In this document: positions 11,401 through 22,800 of the stretch, one piece after another
Layout: each line of letters opens with the position of its first letter
How positions within the stretch are numbered: position 1 is the first letter of the stretch
Assembly (NCBI GenBank): GCA_000708835.1
Contig: DF236998.1
Location: forward strand, 45,880-109,879
Direction of reading: 5' to 3'
Source of the DNA: Klebsormidium nitens
Taxonomy: Eukaryota; Plantae; Klebsormidiophyceae
DNA: 64,000 nucleotides
Program-made: the position numbers and the translations under genes
The notes under the pieces: generated by a model
The model's database searches: none
Told to the model about the DNA's origin: nothing
The model's input: only the letters and a program-made list of their open reading frames with translations

Positions 11401-13163
11401 GACGTCAGCAAGGGCCTCGTCTCTTTGGTGTGACGTCAAAACAGGTCGCTGTAGTTGAGTTCTTGTCCCGCGATGCAGATTACTTGAAATATCGCAAGTC
11501 TGCTGCGCGTTGGTCTACACCTAGCCTGGCATACCGAAAGGGAGGTCTGGCTCAATTCTAGCTCCTGCAACTGGTGATTCGGTGCCAGGACAGGGTTACG
11601 CTTTAGAAAGCGTCAAGGTGGGACAGATTTTGACTCCGAAAAATCATCCTGCTCATGCCAGTCGGAAGACACAAAGTTCGAAGCCACATGCAAATTGCTT
11701 GCAAGAAAATGCCTCCGTACTGTACGACCCGGCGTGGACATCAATGAGACGCGTGCGTATGCGTGCGTAGCACCACATGCTAGGGCCTGCAATACATCAT
11801 GAATTGATTCCATGAGTTCTGTAACTTAAGATCAGGCGCTTCGACGCTCTATGCAGAAACAGGTGTTATCCATCCATCCCGGACTGGAAGTATAACTCGT
11901 GCAATCTAAGCTTGTGCGAGACTTGAAAGTGCCGCGCAACATTTTGGCGCTAGCTAGCTGACCGATTGCGAGCTCCGACTGCGCGCGCATGCAGCTTAAA
12001 AGAAAGAGAACCCCCTTTGCAGCTAGCTCAGGAGCTTGAAAGTTTTCAAGCATGATACGGCGCTCGATATCAGGCCTTTCGGAGAACTTGAAGGTGTCTT
12101 GGCATTCACTGCCTTCAAGGCCCACGAAATTGCATATCCGTAAGTCAATGGAGTGCCAGGCTTAGTGCGCGGACGGTATAATCATATGCTCAGTGCAGTG
12201 CACGCTGCGCAGCCTAAGAATTATACAAACGAACCTAGCCAATAGTGGCCTTGTTTGCGCTGGCGCGCAACAACTCCACGTCGTTTGTGAATCGATCCGC
12301 CACGCATGCATGCATTCAAATGTTGCGCAGAGCATCGATCGCTTTCAAGTTTCCACGTGCATATAATCACACCAGATCCGATCATTCGTTCGGCGTTACT
12401 CGCTTTGTACAGCAAAACCTGGCAGCTTAAACAGGCGGGGTCCAGATCGACCGTCGAGAATGCACATATTACTGTTCAATCTTGTCATGCCGCCTGCCGG
12501 ACGCATGGACACCTTCTCTCGACCTCTCCTGCCTGGCCCCCATAGCGCTTGGCGTGCTGATCTCGTCAAGAAGTCCAACCGAGCTGAAAAGAGCGCTTCG
12601 TTGTATGCTGCGGTCCAATCAAGTCCGCCAACACTGTCGCACCTGAGAGGCACGTTTTCCAATAGGAAAGTACCCCGCCGACATTACTTTGAGCTCAAGT
12701 CCCATCCCCGGACTGGAATTGTCTTTCAAGGTTCAGTGCTAGGTTTTGTCAGCACTTAGAGCGATTCCAGGCCCTTCCTCGGCCCGAACACCGTTGTCCC
12801 ATGGCGTGATGCCACTGCGTTCACTGTACACGATCTTAACCACCTTCTATCTTACTTATGTTACTAAACCAGCCTGACAAATGTACATGTGCCTAAACCT
12901 CGCCTCTAGCCTAAGAACCAGTCCTTTCGTACAGTCGTCACTATGCTTGCGCACGCAGACTGCCGCCGAATGAAGCGGAGACGACGCCTCTCATCAGCTA
13001 GCCCAACACACACCTCCTACGTTAACCCTCGCTGCTCCGTCTCTGTCTCCCCTTCTCTTCGATTGAGACCGTTTCCTTCCAGCAGACTGCATCTACAATT
13101 AGAAAGGTTGAGTAATGGGGCCGTGAGTGGAAGAGACAGAATGGCAGATATGCCATCAGCCCC

Positions 13164-16100
13164 CTATCTAATAAGCACAGTTGGCCTCGGAATGGACGCC
13201 CCTCCATGCGGCAGCCCCCTGGGGCTCAGACTCCCCGCCCGCCGAACCCCCGGCTCCCCGGCACTCGCCCGGGGGTCCATTCCCCGGCCGTAGCTATCCC
13301 CCCGGGACGACCCATGCTCCCCCCTCTGCCGCAGCAACCCGTCCCGCATCACGCTGAACCCCTGTAACTCCTCCAGCGCCTCGGCGACCGTGTGCCGCGC
13401 TTCGCCCCCCCCCTCCTCCCACTGCCGCTGCACCCCCCCGGGGGGCGTGGTCCGCCCGGCCGCGGCGCTCCGGATGGGTGACGTCACGCTGGAGAAGCGC
13501 GCGCCGACCATGCCCCCCCCCGGGGACGTTCCGAATGCCCCGGAGGAGGAGGGAAGGCTCGCGGGGTGGGCCGGGGAGCTTCCGGCGGAAGACGGGTGTG
13601 AGCGGAGGGGCGCGGCGGACTTGAGGATTCGGACGAGGGCGCCGACGGCGGCGTCCGAGCCGTGGCTGGCGGACTGCGTGGCGGCCAGGTGGGCGGGGCT
13701 GGTCGGCCAGGCGCTCGAGCTTTCGATCCTGCAGACGGAAGGACGTGAAAATGGAGTCTTTGGCGATTCACGGCAGAGCTTTCCGATCAGGGACCCACTC
13801 AAAGGACGCTGATTTGAGCGAGCGACCAGATCACTCATTCTTTCTGGTCTCCGCTGACTGTCGCCCTCTACAATGTGGGCGGAGATGGAGACCCTCCAGA
13901 TTCTCGAAGCACTTTTCGTGAAAATGCCAATACCGAAATGCAACCCAGCCAAACGCTCGTTCCTCTCCCGCACCTGGACCTCCACTGGCTGTCACTTTTT
14001 GCATGGCAGATCATCCACGTATGCTGAGCCTTGAGACCAGACCGACCACTATGATTCCGCTTTCCGCTTGCCCACCTGGTCTTCCGCTGGCTGTCGCTCT
14101 CCACGTCATCCACGGCGAACGGCAGGTCCGCTTCGTCTTCCAGGTCGTCGTCGAGCGGCATCGCGGTGGAGAGCGTCGCCCGGCCCGGGTGGTACAGCGA
14201 CCGCTTGAGGCCGGCGGGGAAGCCGCCACGCTCGTCGAGCAAAGCCTGCGAACGGAGGCTTGAGTCGGCGTCTTAATGGTTCACGAACCAGATTGAAAGC
14301 TTAAAGAAGGTTCGATAAGGTGGACGATTTGTTGAAATTTCAAGGGTGCGGGGGGACCGCTTCAGGCCGGCCGAAAGCCGCCGCGCTCGTCGAGCAGGCC
14401 CTGCCGAGCGAAACCGTTGAGCCAGCTTCTCGGTTACAAATGAACGGAATCATTGAGGGAACGAAATACTGGCATGTGTTGAGATGGACGGGTTGGATGA
14501 GGTAGGAGGTTTAAAATGGGTCACGGTTTGGACCGAGTAACACCCGAAATGAGAGTTCAGAGTCGTCTCTGATTCCAGGGATACATCGTGATTTTGCAGT
14601 TTCGAATAAGCCAATCCTTTCTGTATCTTTGAATTGAAAAGGATGTGACTTGGTCTCCCAACCATGCCGCTGGAACATCGCTAACTCTTCTTCATCTTGG
14701 AAAAATTCTCCCTGTTGCTCACCCTGTTCATAACCAAGTAGTGCTGCGGCGGCGACATCGAGTGCGGCGACTCCGTGACCGGCGAAATCGACGCGCGCGC
14801 CGCCGCCTTGGGATCCATCGACATCGAAAATGACGGGTAGCGCGCCAGCTGGAGCGCTGAGCTGTCCCGCCCGGAAATGGGGGGAGTGGCCCGTCCGGCG
14901 CTCCTTTCGGACGTTGACGAGCCGCTGGTTTTGGACAGTCCGCTGAAGGAAGGGGGTCGGGGGGTGCAAGCGAAGGGCAGCGGGGGGGAGAAGGAGAGCA
15001 TGGGGCCGGAGGCCTCGCTGCCGGGGGTGGAAAGGTAATCGGGGCCTGATGAGAGGAATGGAAGCAGGTGGGTAAGACTTTGAATCGAGATCGGCTTCAA
15101 ACAAATTTAGAAGACCCTCTTAGTATTCCCCGTAGTTGTAAGTACAAGCGATGATGCACAAAGACGAGAACACCCCCATAAGAGCACGCTCCAATTCTTT
15201 CAAGAAAGGGCAGATAAAGTTGGGTCAGAGCTGAAGGGGCTAAGAAACATTCTGCTGTTACGACATTTGCGTAAATATGTCGTCAGAGGCTTTTAAGTAC
15301 TTCAAACGGATTCAAGATTTCTGGTCAAATCACCAGCAACGACGTCACCCGAACACTTGAATAACTTTCAAATCTACACATCCGTATTCTACTCCAGAAA
15401 AGTACGTCAGTATGTTTGAGAAGGAAAGCGAAGATGATTCTTCTTACCCGGCGTTCTGAGCCCCGGGGTCGACGGCCGCGTTCCCGGACCCCAGCTTTCC
15501 GGAAAAGCTGGCCCGCTGGGCGCCGACGACGGCTGCCATTTCGGGGGAGAACTTGCGGTCCACGGTCGCGGCAGGGGGGGCGTCCCGCTGCCCGGCAGAT
15601 CCCCCCTGGGAACGCCCATTTTCTCACTCTTGCTGCGTGTAAATTGGGGGTACCGCTGCGGGGCGGACTGGGAGGGGGATGTTCCCGAGAGCGCATTCCC
15701 ACCAAAAGGCTGGTCCCCCGAGCTGAGCGACCGGTCGCGGTGTGAATGGGCCCCGCTGCTGCTGGAGGTGTGAACGGGCGCCATGGAGTTGGCCCGGGCC
15801 GGAGGACGGGGGATGCTCACGGGTGCGCTCGCCGACCGTGCATAGTGCGCCGACACGTCCTGATGGTGCGGGGGGGGTGACGGCGACGGGCTCGGCGAGG
15901 GGGGGTGCGCGAAGCCCGCCGAAGGTCCCCCCCGGGAGATGGGGATCGGGGAGCTTGTCTGGGGTGGCAGCGACGTCGTCCGCATCGAGGGGGACTGGAA
16001 GCGCGCCGCGTGGTGTTTTGAGGAAGGAGACGAAGGGGGGGGGAAGTTGGGGTTGCGCTGGAGCGAGGTTGGGCTGCCCCCGATGCTGTGGCGCCGGTTG

Positions 16101-18188
16101 AGGGGGGAGGTGGGTTGCAGGGGGACGACTCTGAGGCCTTGGCGGACTGCCGAGGCGCCGGCGGCGGGGGCGGGGTACGCGGAGGGGGGGTAGCGGCGCA
16201 GCGGGTCGGTCGTGGGGCTGCCAACGTAGTCCGCGATGATGCGGGGGAGGATGGAGGGGCCGACCTCAAGCGCAGTCACCGCCGTTGTGTGCCTGTAGAT
16301 GTCTACCAAGTCAATGTCCGCAAAAGCTTCCAACTGTCGGGTCTTTGCTTGACCCATCTGTTTCCTCGTATCTGCATACTGTCATCTTTGTCCAGGAGGG
16401 CAACTTTGGATTTTCTCGCAAGTAGTGCTGTTAATTTGATTGCGGTCAGCTTTGTTGCAGTCTACCCTGCTGGGGAATCTAGATTGCAGGGCAACACGCA
16501 CTATCGGAGCTTAGCGAACCTTGCAGAAAGAGTCATGTCGCAGACAAGCAGCAGTCCCGCTTCAACCAACGTACCTCTCTTTTCGTTTACAATCTCCGCC
16601 CGACCCACGTTCATTGTGCTGATCGCAAACCATGAGCGGGTCAATCTTCAACTTGGAACCTCTCAACAGGATCGGAGCGGAAACAAGCTGACTCTGGAGT
16701 CAGGCGGCCAGTCCTCTCAAATGGCACGACATGCAGAAAGGCAGTCTCACCTGTACATAACCGACAGGCTGATCCTCCCACTTGGTGTGTCCACCGGGCT
16801 CAGCCGCGAAGTGCTCATGGACCCCATCTCTGACTCAGGCATCGGCGGCGCTGCCGACATAACCCTGTAGGTCAGGTAAAACCCGCCCTTCCTCTGCTGA
16901 GGGTTAGACTTAACCAGCCGGTATAACCGGTGCGCCGGCAGGAGGCGCGTCATAGCATATAGCGACCGCAGCAGGATGACCGTGCGCTTATACACAACGG
17001 GGACCTCGATGTTGTGGCTCCCGGGGAAGGCTAGAAGTCCTGGCCCGCTGGTGTCGTCGGCTGCGTCGGCGAGACCCTCTAGGCCGTCTGAGCTGGAGCT
17101 CCGCCTGCGGCGCTCGTAGTGGATGACCCAGCGCTCGAGGAGAGTGGAGGTGCCCGAGGGACTTCTGGGCCCTTCGTCTGAAGTTTCAAAAGTACGACTT
17201 TCAAGAGGGCGCAAAATGCACAAGCTACTTCCGGTGGTTTGCAATCGAATGGGGAACCTTGAAAGCGGTGACCGTGGTTATGTGCATCATGCTTTGTTCA
17301 AAAGATTGATATGAAGGTACATGCCGACAGACCTGAGATGAGGGATTGGCGATGCGGCTCATTAATAACACCTTGAGGAGGCTTTGAAAAGCACAAGCCA
17401 AAATACTCAAGGTGCAGAGTAGAAGTCGAGTGGCCTTGACCCTTGAAGAGGTTAGACGAGCTTGACTGACTGATGGGCCAAGATTTGCGCAACCTCTTTC
17501 TGACTCTTTGACGAGAATTTGCGAAGGTGGTAAGACGGTTTCCCCTCAGATAATGCCTGGCGCTCGTTTCGGTTACTTTGCAGAGCATTGTCTTCATAAA
17601 TGACAACAACAGTCCTCTCGCTTTGCCCAGGGCACTTTGCCAGCTGTCCAGACAAAAGGAACGAACCAGGACAAGCACACGAAAAAGAATGCTCATTTGG
17701 GCAAAGAGACTAGCGCACCCTTCAGAAATAATCATGCACTCAGGCATTGGTGCATTGAAATAGAGCATTTAGCCTTGACGCTCTGCTCCTTGTGGTAGTC
17801 TTTGCCGTACCATAAACAGTTGACCTTCAAAGAACTTATGTTCACCTGACATAGGGCTGCCACGTCCGTAACTGCTTGACGGGGAGCTTCCCCTGCCGGT
17901 CGGCGATGGCGGCTCGCTCCACCCGTGCGCCCCCGGCTGCTGCAAAAGCACGTCTACAATCATTGGCTCTGCAGCGCCCCTCCTCCATGGCTCTGCCAGG
18001 TCCGAGATCGCTTCAGACGTGTCCAGCTCCAGGTTGAACCAGCGGTTCGACGAGTTTCGGACGCTCGACGCGCTGCCGGAGAGGCGGGACACAGACGGGA
18101 TGCGCGACCCCAGGATGATGTGCAGGCTCTTGGCATAGAACTCGGATACGATCTGGTCCATTCGCGCGCGCTCCGACTGGCTGGCCAT
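13164..18188 (-). CDS. ATG13: Autophagy-related protein 13 (HORMA domain plus long Ser/Pro-rich disordered region), about 890 aa; exons 18188-17846, 17177-16751, 16292-15448, 15045-14723, 14245-14076, 13728-13164
   Basis: HORMA motifs (DQIVSEFYAKSLHIILGSR, RWFNLEL, LLERW, VILLRSLYAMTRLLPAHRLYR, GRISLSVMYR) and plant ATG13 motifs (IIADYVGSPTTDPLRRYP, DLPFAVDDV, DAAVGALVRILKSAAPLR, AEALEELQGF). All six exon phases are consistent. Confidence 0.93.
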
Positions 18189-19819
18189 GCTAGTTCTTAC
18201 TTGGGGTTTGAGCGAAAACTTGGAGTGATGCTCTTTCACCCACTCTGCTGGCTAACCACCGCACAAAGACAGGTCAGGTTCTGTCCGCACTCGAGGAAAT
18301 GGCTAGGAATGGAGGCTGGCCTCTGATTTGTACTGCAAAGGAGCGTGTTGCACTTCTTAACCGCACAGGTCTAGGACATTGAGAAGCTCAAGCGCGGCGT
18401 CACGAACAGCCAACAGTTGGGCAGAACTATATCAGCTGCTTCCGCTTTTACCTCATAGAATGAACTGCATTTGGCAGTGCTCTCAGAAGCCTGCCTATGG
18501 CGGGAACATTTGTTTGAGCTCCCAGTCTGCTGCACCTGCCGCAGGGTGCAGAATAAGGATGAAAGGATCTTGCAACAGGTTTAGGGTTCAAGGCCTTCCA
18601 AAGAAGGTAGGGATCAAGCAAATAGGGCTACTACTGCGAGTCTTTCTGCATACCACATCTAAGGAGTGTCTCGCACTTTTGCAGAAGTTGGGAGTCCTGA
18701 ACAAATGGACGCCCCTCAAATCAAATGCATGTTGCACAGCTTCCCCCCATTCTGTCGCCGTCTTCTCGCTACCGTCTACTTTTGCTGAAGAGGTGCAAGG
18801 CTCTCCTCTGCAGCGCTGCGGCTGAGAGAAGCAGCGCTCAGCAGGAATGGTGCCAAGCTCACGACTGCGCTTGAAGTTTGATGATGAGCTCTAAATGTCA
18901 TGCAGCTGGTCGATCAGCTCGATCAGGATGCAGTTCAGTGTGTGAATACTCTCAAGAATTGCCAGTTTCATGGCGCCGTTGTCGCCGCTGGTCGAGCAGG
19001 ACTCAACAGGACCTGAGCCGTTCGTGGCAATGTGATCGCAGGACCGTCATTTTCAAACTTCAAAAGAACGCATTCACATCAAGTCCCTTCAGTTTTCAAA
19101 CTGGACGTCTGCTGCATTTGGAGCCAGAGCAGCCGCTGTTCACATTACATAATTATCATCTGTTTGAACAGTGTACATGTGATGAAACAGCTCGGGCTGG
19201 TAGGATATATCTCATGGAAGGAATGCTTTCACTGCTTCAGCTGTAAAGTGAAGGCGCTGCATCCTCTTTTGGCGAAAACGTTGAAGTTGCATTGCGGAGG
19301 ACGCTGATTGTTTAGTGCTTCCCTGGCAATCTCTGTCCTGTCTCAAAATGCAACGTGAGTAAACAATGGGCACCAGACTGTCATGCGCTAAGCCATCAAT
19401 GCTTCTTTGATTGAAGTGAGCTCAACATCAGCCAAACTGCAGCTCTGAAAGCACCGGCGGCAGAGTGAGGGAAGGTGCTGAAGGTTTGGTGCTTAAGAAG
19501 CTCACCGGTGACTCAGTCCTGGTGTCTGCGGGGAGGAATTGAACTTTCATGAATGGTGCAGACTTAATCAGACAACATTGATGGACCAGGTAAGCAGACT
19601 GTCTCCAGTTTCTAAGCATTGCGGCGAATTTCGCTTGTATGCATCTCGAATGCACAGTTTTTGTAACCTGGATTTGACAAGCAAAGTGACATGAAAACAA
19701 GTTTGTCTCTACCTCAAGCTTACACTTTGATCAACAGATCGCATGCCCTGTTTACTAGTCGCTTCCTCCCGCTTGTTTAGATTTTCGTTTGGCTTCATGG
19801 ACTCAACATTCCCTTGCAG

Positions 19820-22800
19820 GCCTGGACTGGCAACCCGTTTGCGCAGCAAAAGTCAGTTGCTGGGGCTAGGAGGCGAGAAGAATGGGACGACATCTTCTCT
19901 GGAGAAGACAGTGAACAGGTTGTGTATGAGAATGACGGCAAGGCGAACTTGATATCTATCTACAAGAAGACACTTCAGGCGGTGAGTTTCTTCCCTACAG
20001 ACAGGTTGAACCAGGTTCACTTTATGGAAGTCATAGAGGGCACTCAGGCGAAACCTGTTGTTGACAGGGCTTCTCAATGTGTCTTTGAACATCATTCTCT
20101 GGTACCGCTGATTACACTCTTCCAGCCACGACCCTCATCCTTACTTGGCTTCCAAGCCTGTATAGTGGCATCGTTGTGAAGTACATGGTTAACAAAGTAA
20201 GCATTCTTCGTCTGTTTGTGCAGGATGCATCTCGACCTTTCCAGGTACCAAAGGAGTCTTCTTCATGGCAACGTTCTGTTCAAAAGGACACCGGTGAGTG
20301 GAAATTGTATCTTGTCAAGTTTCAAGAAAGCATGAGCCTATTGAGCAGTACATCTCTGAGTAAACAGAAACGCAAACACCTACCTTGCCTTGCTGTTTGT
20401 TAGGCCTGCAGCACTGACCCTGCGGAACAGGTACATCTAAGGACCTGTTGCGGCATAACATGGTTAAAAAATGCCCTTGGGATGGATTAGACAAGAAGGA
20501 AAGTTTGATCGTCCTTCAGAAGGGAGCGCACACTTCTCTTTCAAACAAGACTTCTTACAAGCACTGCACTTTTATCGTCAGAGTCGCGAATTGAAAACAG
20601 CGTTATTTTCTTGTCAGCAAATCCTGCGAGGCGGGCTTGGGAGCCAACGAAGCCAGTGTCAAGTGGAGCAAACCAGGATGATACCGTTCAGCAGGTAAGG
20701 CAGCGACCTGAACTGTGGATGCGGATCGAACGTAGGTCACGATAATTTGCCATTACTTGATACAATTTGATTCAACAACTTGGCCCTCTCAACGATACTC
20801 GCCGGTTTCAAGGGCTTGATACACCTTAACTACCCACTGACGGCCTGTTGGTGCCCTGATTCGTTGTTCACCGGGATGCCGAGTGCAAAAGACACTCCAC
20901 TTCGACCATCTCAATGGAGCCGGCTGGGAACCAGTTCTGCCAGGCAGGGCAGGCGACCTTCATTGGATCCAGTTGGGTCATTCGACTCACCCGTTGGTTG
21001 GGTAAGATCCTGACGTTTTCGTCTGAGCTTCAATTGTAACCTTTTTAAGGGTGTTGGAGATCTCTCTCGAGGAGTGTTAATCAAGGAAAAACAGGAGGAC
21101 AGTCACCGGCCACGAGGAGCACCTGAGCTTCGAGGGAAGGAAGTGGCATCTCTCTGCATCTTCAGCAAGACTTCGCGTGTATCTGAGGCTCCGCTTGTAT
21201 CTGAGACCTCGCATGTATCTGAGACTCCCTGTTGCCCGACACGGTATTCCATTCCTACATGGGACTGCAGGAACTTAGTTTCACTGGCTGCTCGATTCAT
21301 GGTCTACCGTAATGACTTCTCGTGTCACAAGAATTGTGATGTCGGCATGATGGGAAGTTCAACATTTTACAGGATGACGCGCCCCAGGAAGAGTTCGACA
21401 CTCTGATCCACCGCCAGCCGTATGCATTTGAGCCTCCGCATCAGCCCCCACAAGAAGCAGCCCGAGAGCATGAGCCTAGCCAGTCAGAATTCCCCCAAGA
21501 GGAGCAATCGCCAGAGCCTGTCAACGACTCTGTAACCGGGCAAGATGGTCAGCCTGGCCTGCCAGAGAAGGGCCGGTCTTTTCTCGACCGAGCTCGAGAT
21601 ACGTGGGCTCGACCGCCCACGGAACTGGACCAGGCAACACGCGTGGGGGGCTTCACAGAGGATCCATTCCGGGAAGTGGGGAGCTTGGGCATGGGGTGGA
21701 GTCAGCAGAGCGATCAGCCGGCTCGTACGAAGTCTCGGAAAGGTAGGGGATTCTGGGACTCCTCGAAGGCGATGGTACGTAGCGGGATAAGTAGAGGCTA
21801 AGTAGCTCGAGGGATTCAAGATGGTCAACTCGTGACAGCTTTTAGTCCGCACAAGGCTTCCCTGAACGTGTCCCCCGAACGGACCAGGACGACCTTCTAT
21901 TTTCTTGAGAATGTACCACAGAACTCTGGAAGAGGCCTCCGATCTTTCCAAAAGCACTGCCGGTCTTGGGAATCTGCAATCTTCCCGAAAGCTGGATAGT
22001 GACGATGTCGTCGATTTTCTCATCTGATGTTTTCAACATTATGCAGCTGCACAGCGACCGAAGTTCAGCATACGTCCTCAGCATCGGCCCAGTCTCACTC
22101 AGGCGAAGGCCAACGTTGGGGCCGGGCTCGTGCCGCTGGCACAGCGGCTGAAGGAGCTGGCGGAGTCTTCGGAGGGAAGTGTTGGCAACAAAAAGGTTCG
22201 TGGCTTTGCTTCTCATGTTTTGTGGATTGTTTCCGCTTCGTTCGGCTGGTTTCAACCGAGCGCAACCCAATTACACCAGATTCTCGATCCGTCTGATGAG
22301 ACTTGCGCGGCAGCCCGAGTCGAGAGTCGCTCGAGAGAGCGGTCGAGTGCGTGCCGTCTCCAGGTTCCCGCGAACGTGCGCCTCTTGGCCTACTTTTTAC
22401 TTCCTGTCTCAAGTGAAGATTGGTCTTTCTGACGACGACCAAGCTGTTACAACAGGCAGTCCGCAGAAGTGAAATGGTGGGGAACAGCACAAATCCGTGT
22501 CGCTTCCGTCTATCTTTCGACGTCAAACGACCGGACGCTTCTGATTTCATTGTCCTTGAACGGGTTTGTCAACTTTGACCCGAATCAGGTTCTAAACCCT
22601 GTCCTGATCGATAGGACTGCTCCAGGCTAAGTGTTGCAGACTGGAACTGTTATAAGAGACTCGGACGGCTGCGACACGATCTTGAACCTCTGCGAACCGC
22701 CTGAGGATGCTTGTTACTGCAGGCCCTGCCCGTGCGCCCGACTTCATATGAGGAGGAGGCCGAGCAGGACGACATCGAGGATCAAGCATACCACTTTGCG

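Noticed and set aside
12396-12759. 88-99 aa ORFs downstream of ATG13
   Set aside because: No motif or coherent splice pattern.
15440-16260. Dense G-runs suggesting G-quadruplexes on the ATG13 template strand
   Set aside because: Explained by Pro/Ser codons with C-rich wobble positions; no independent evidence of function.
13390-16870. Long plus-strand ORFs (13390-13812, 15742-16101, 16088-16870 and others)
   Set aside because: Antisense shadows of GC-rich ATG13 exons.
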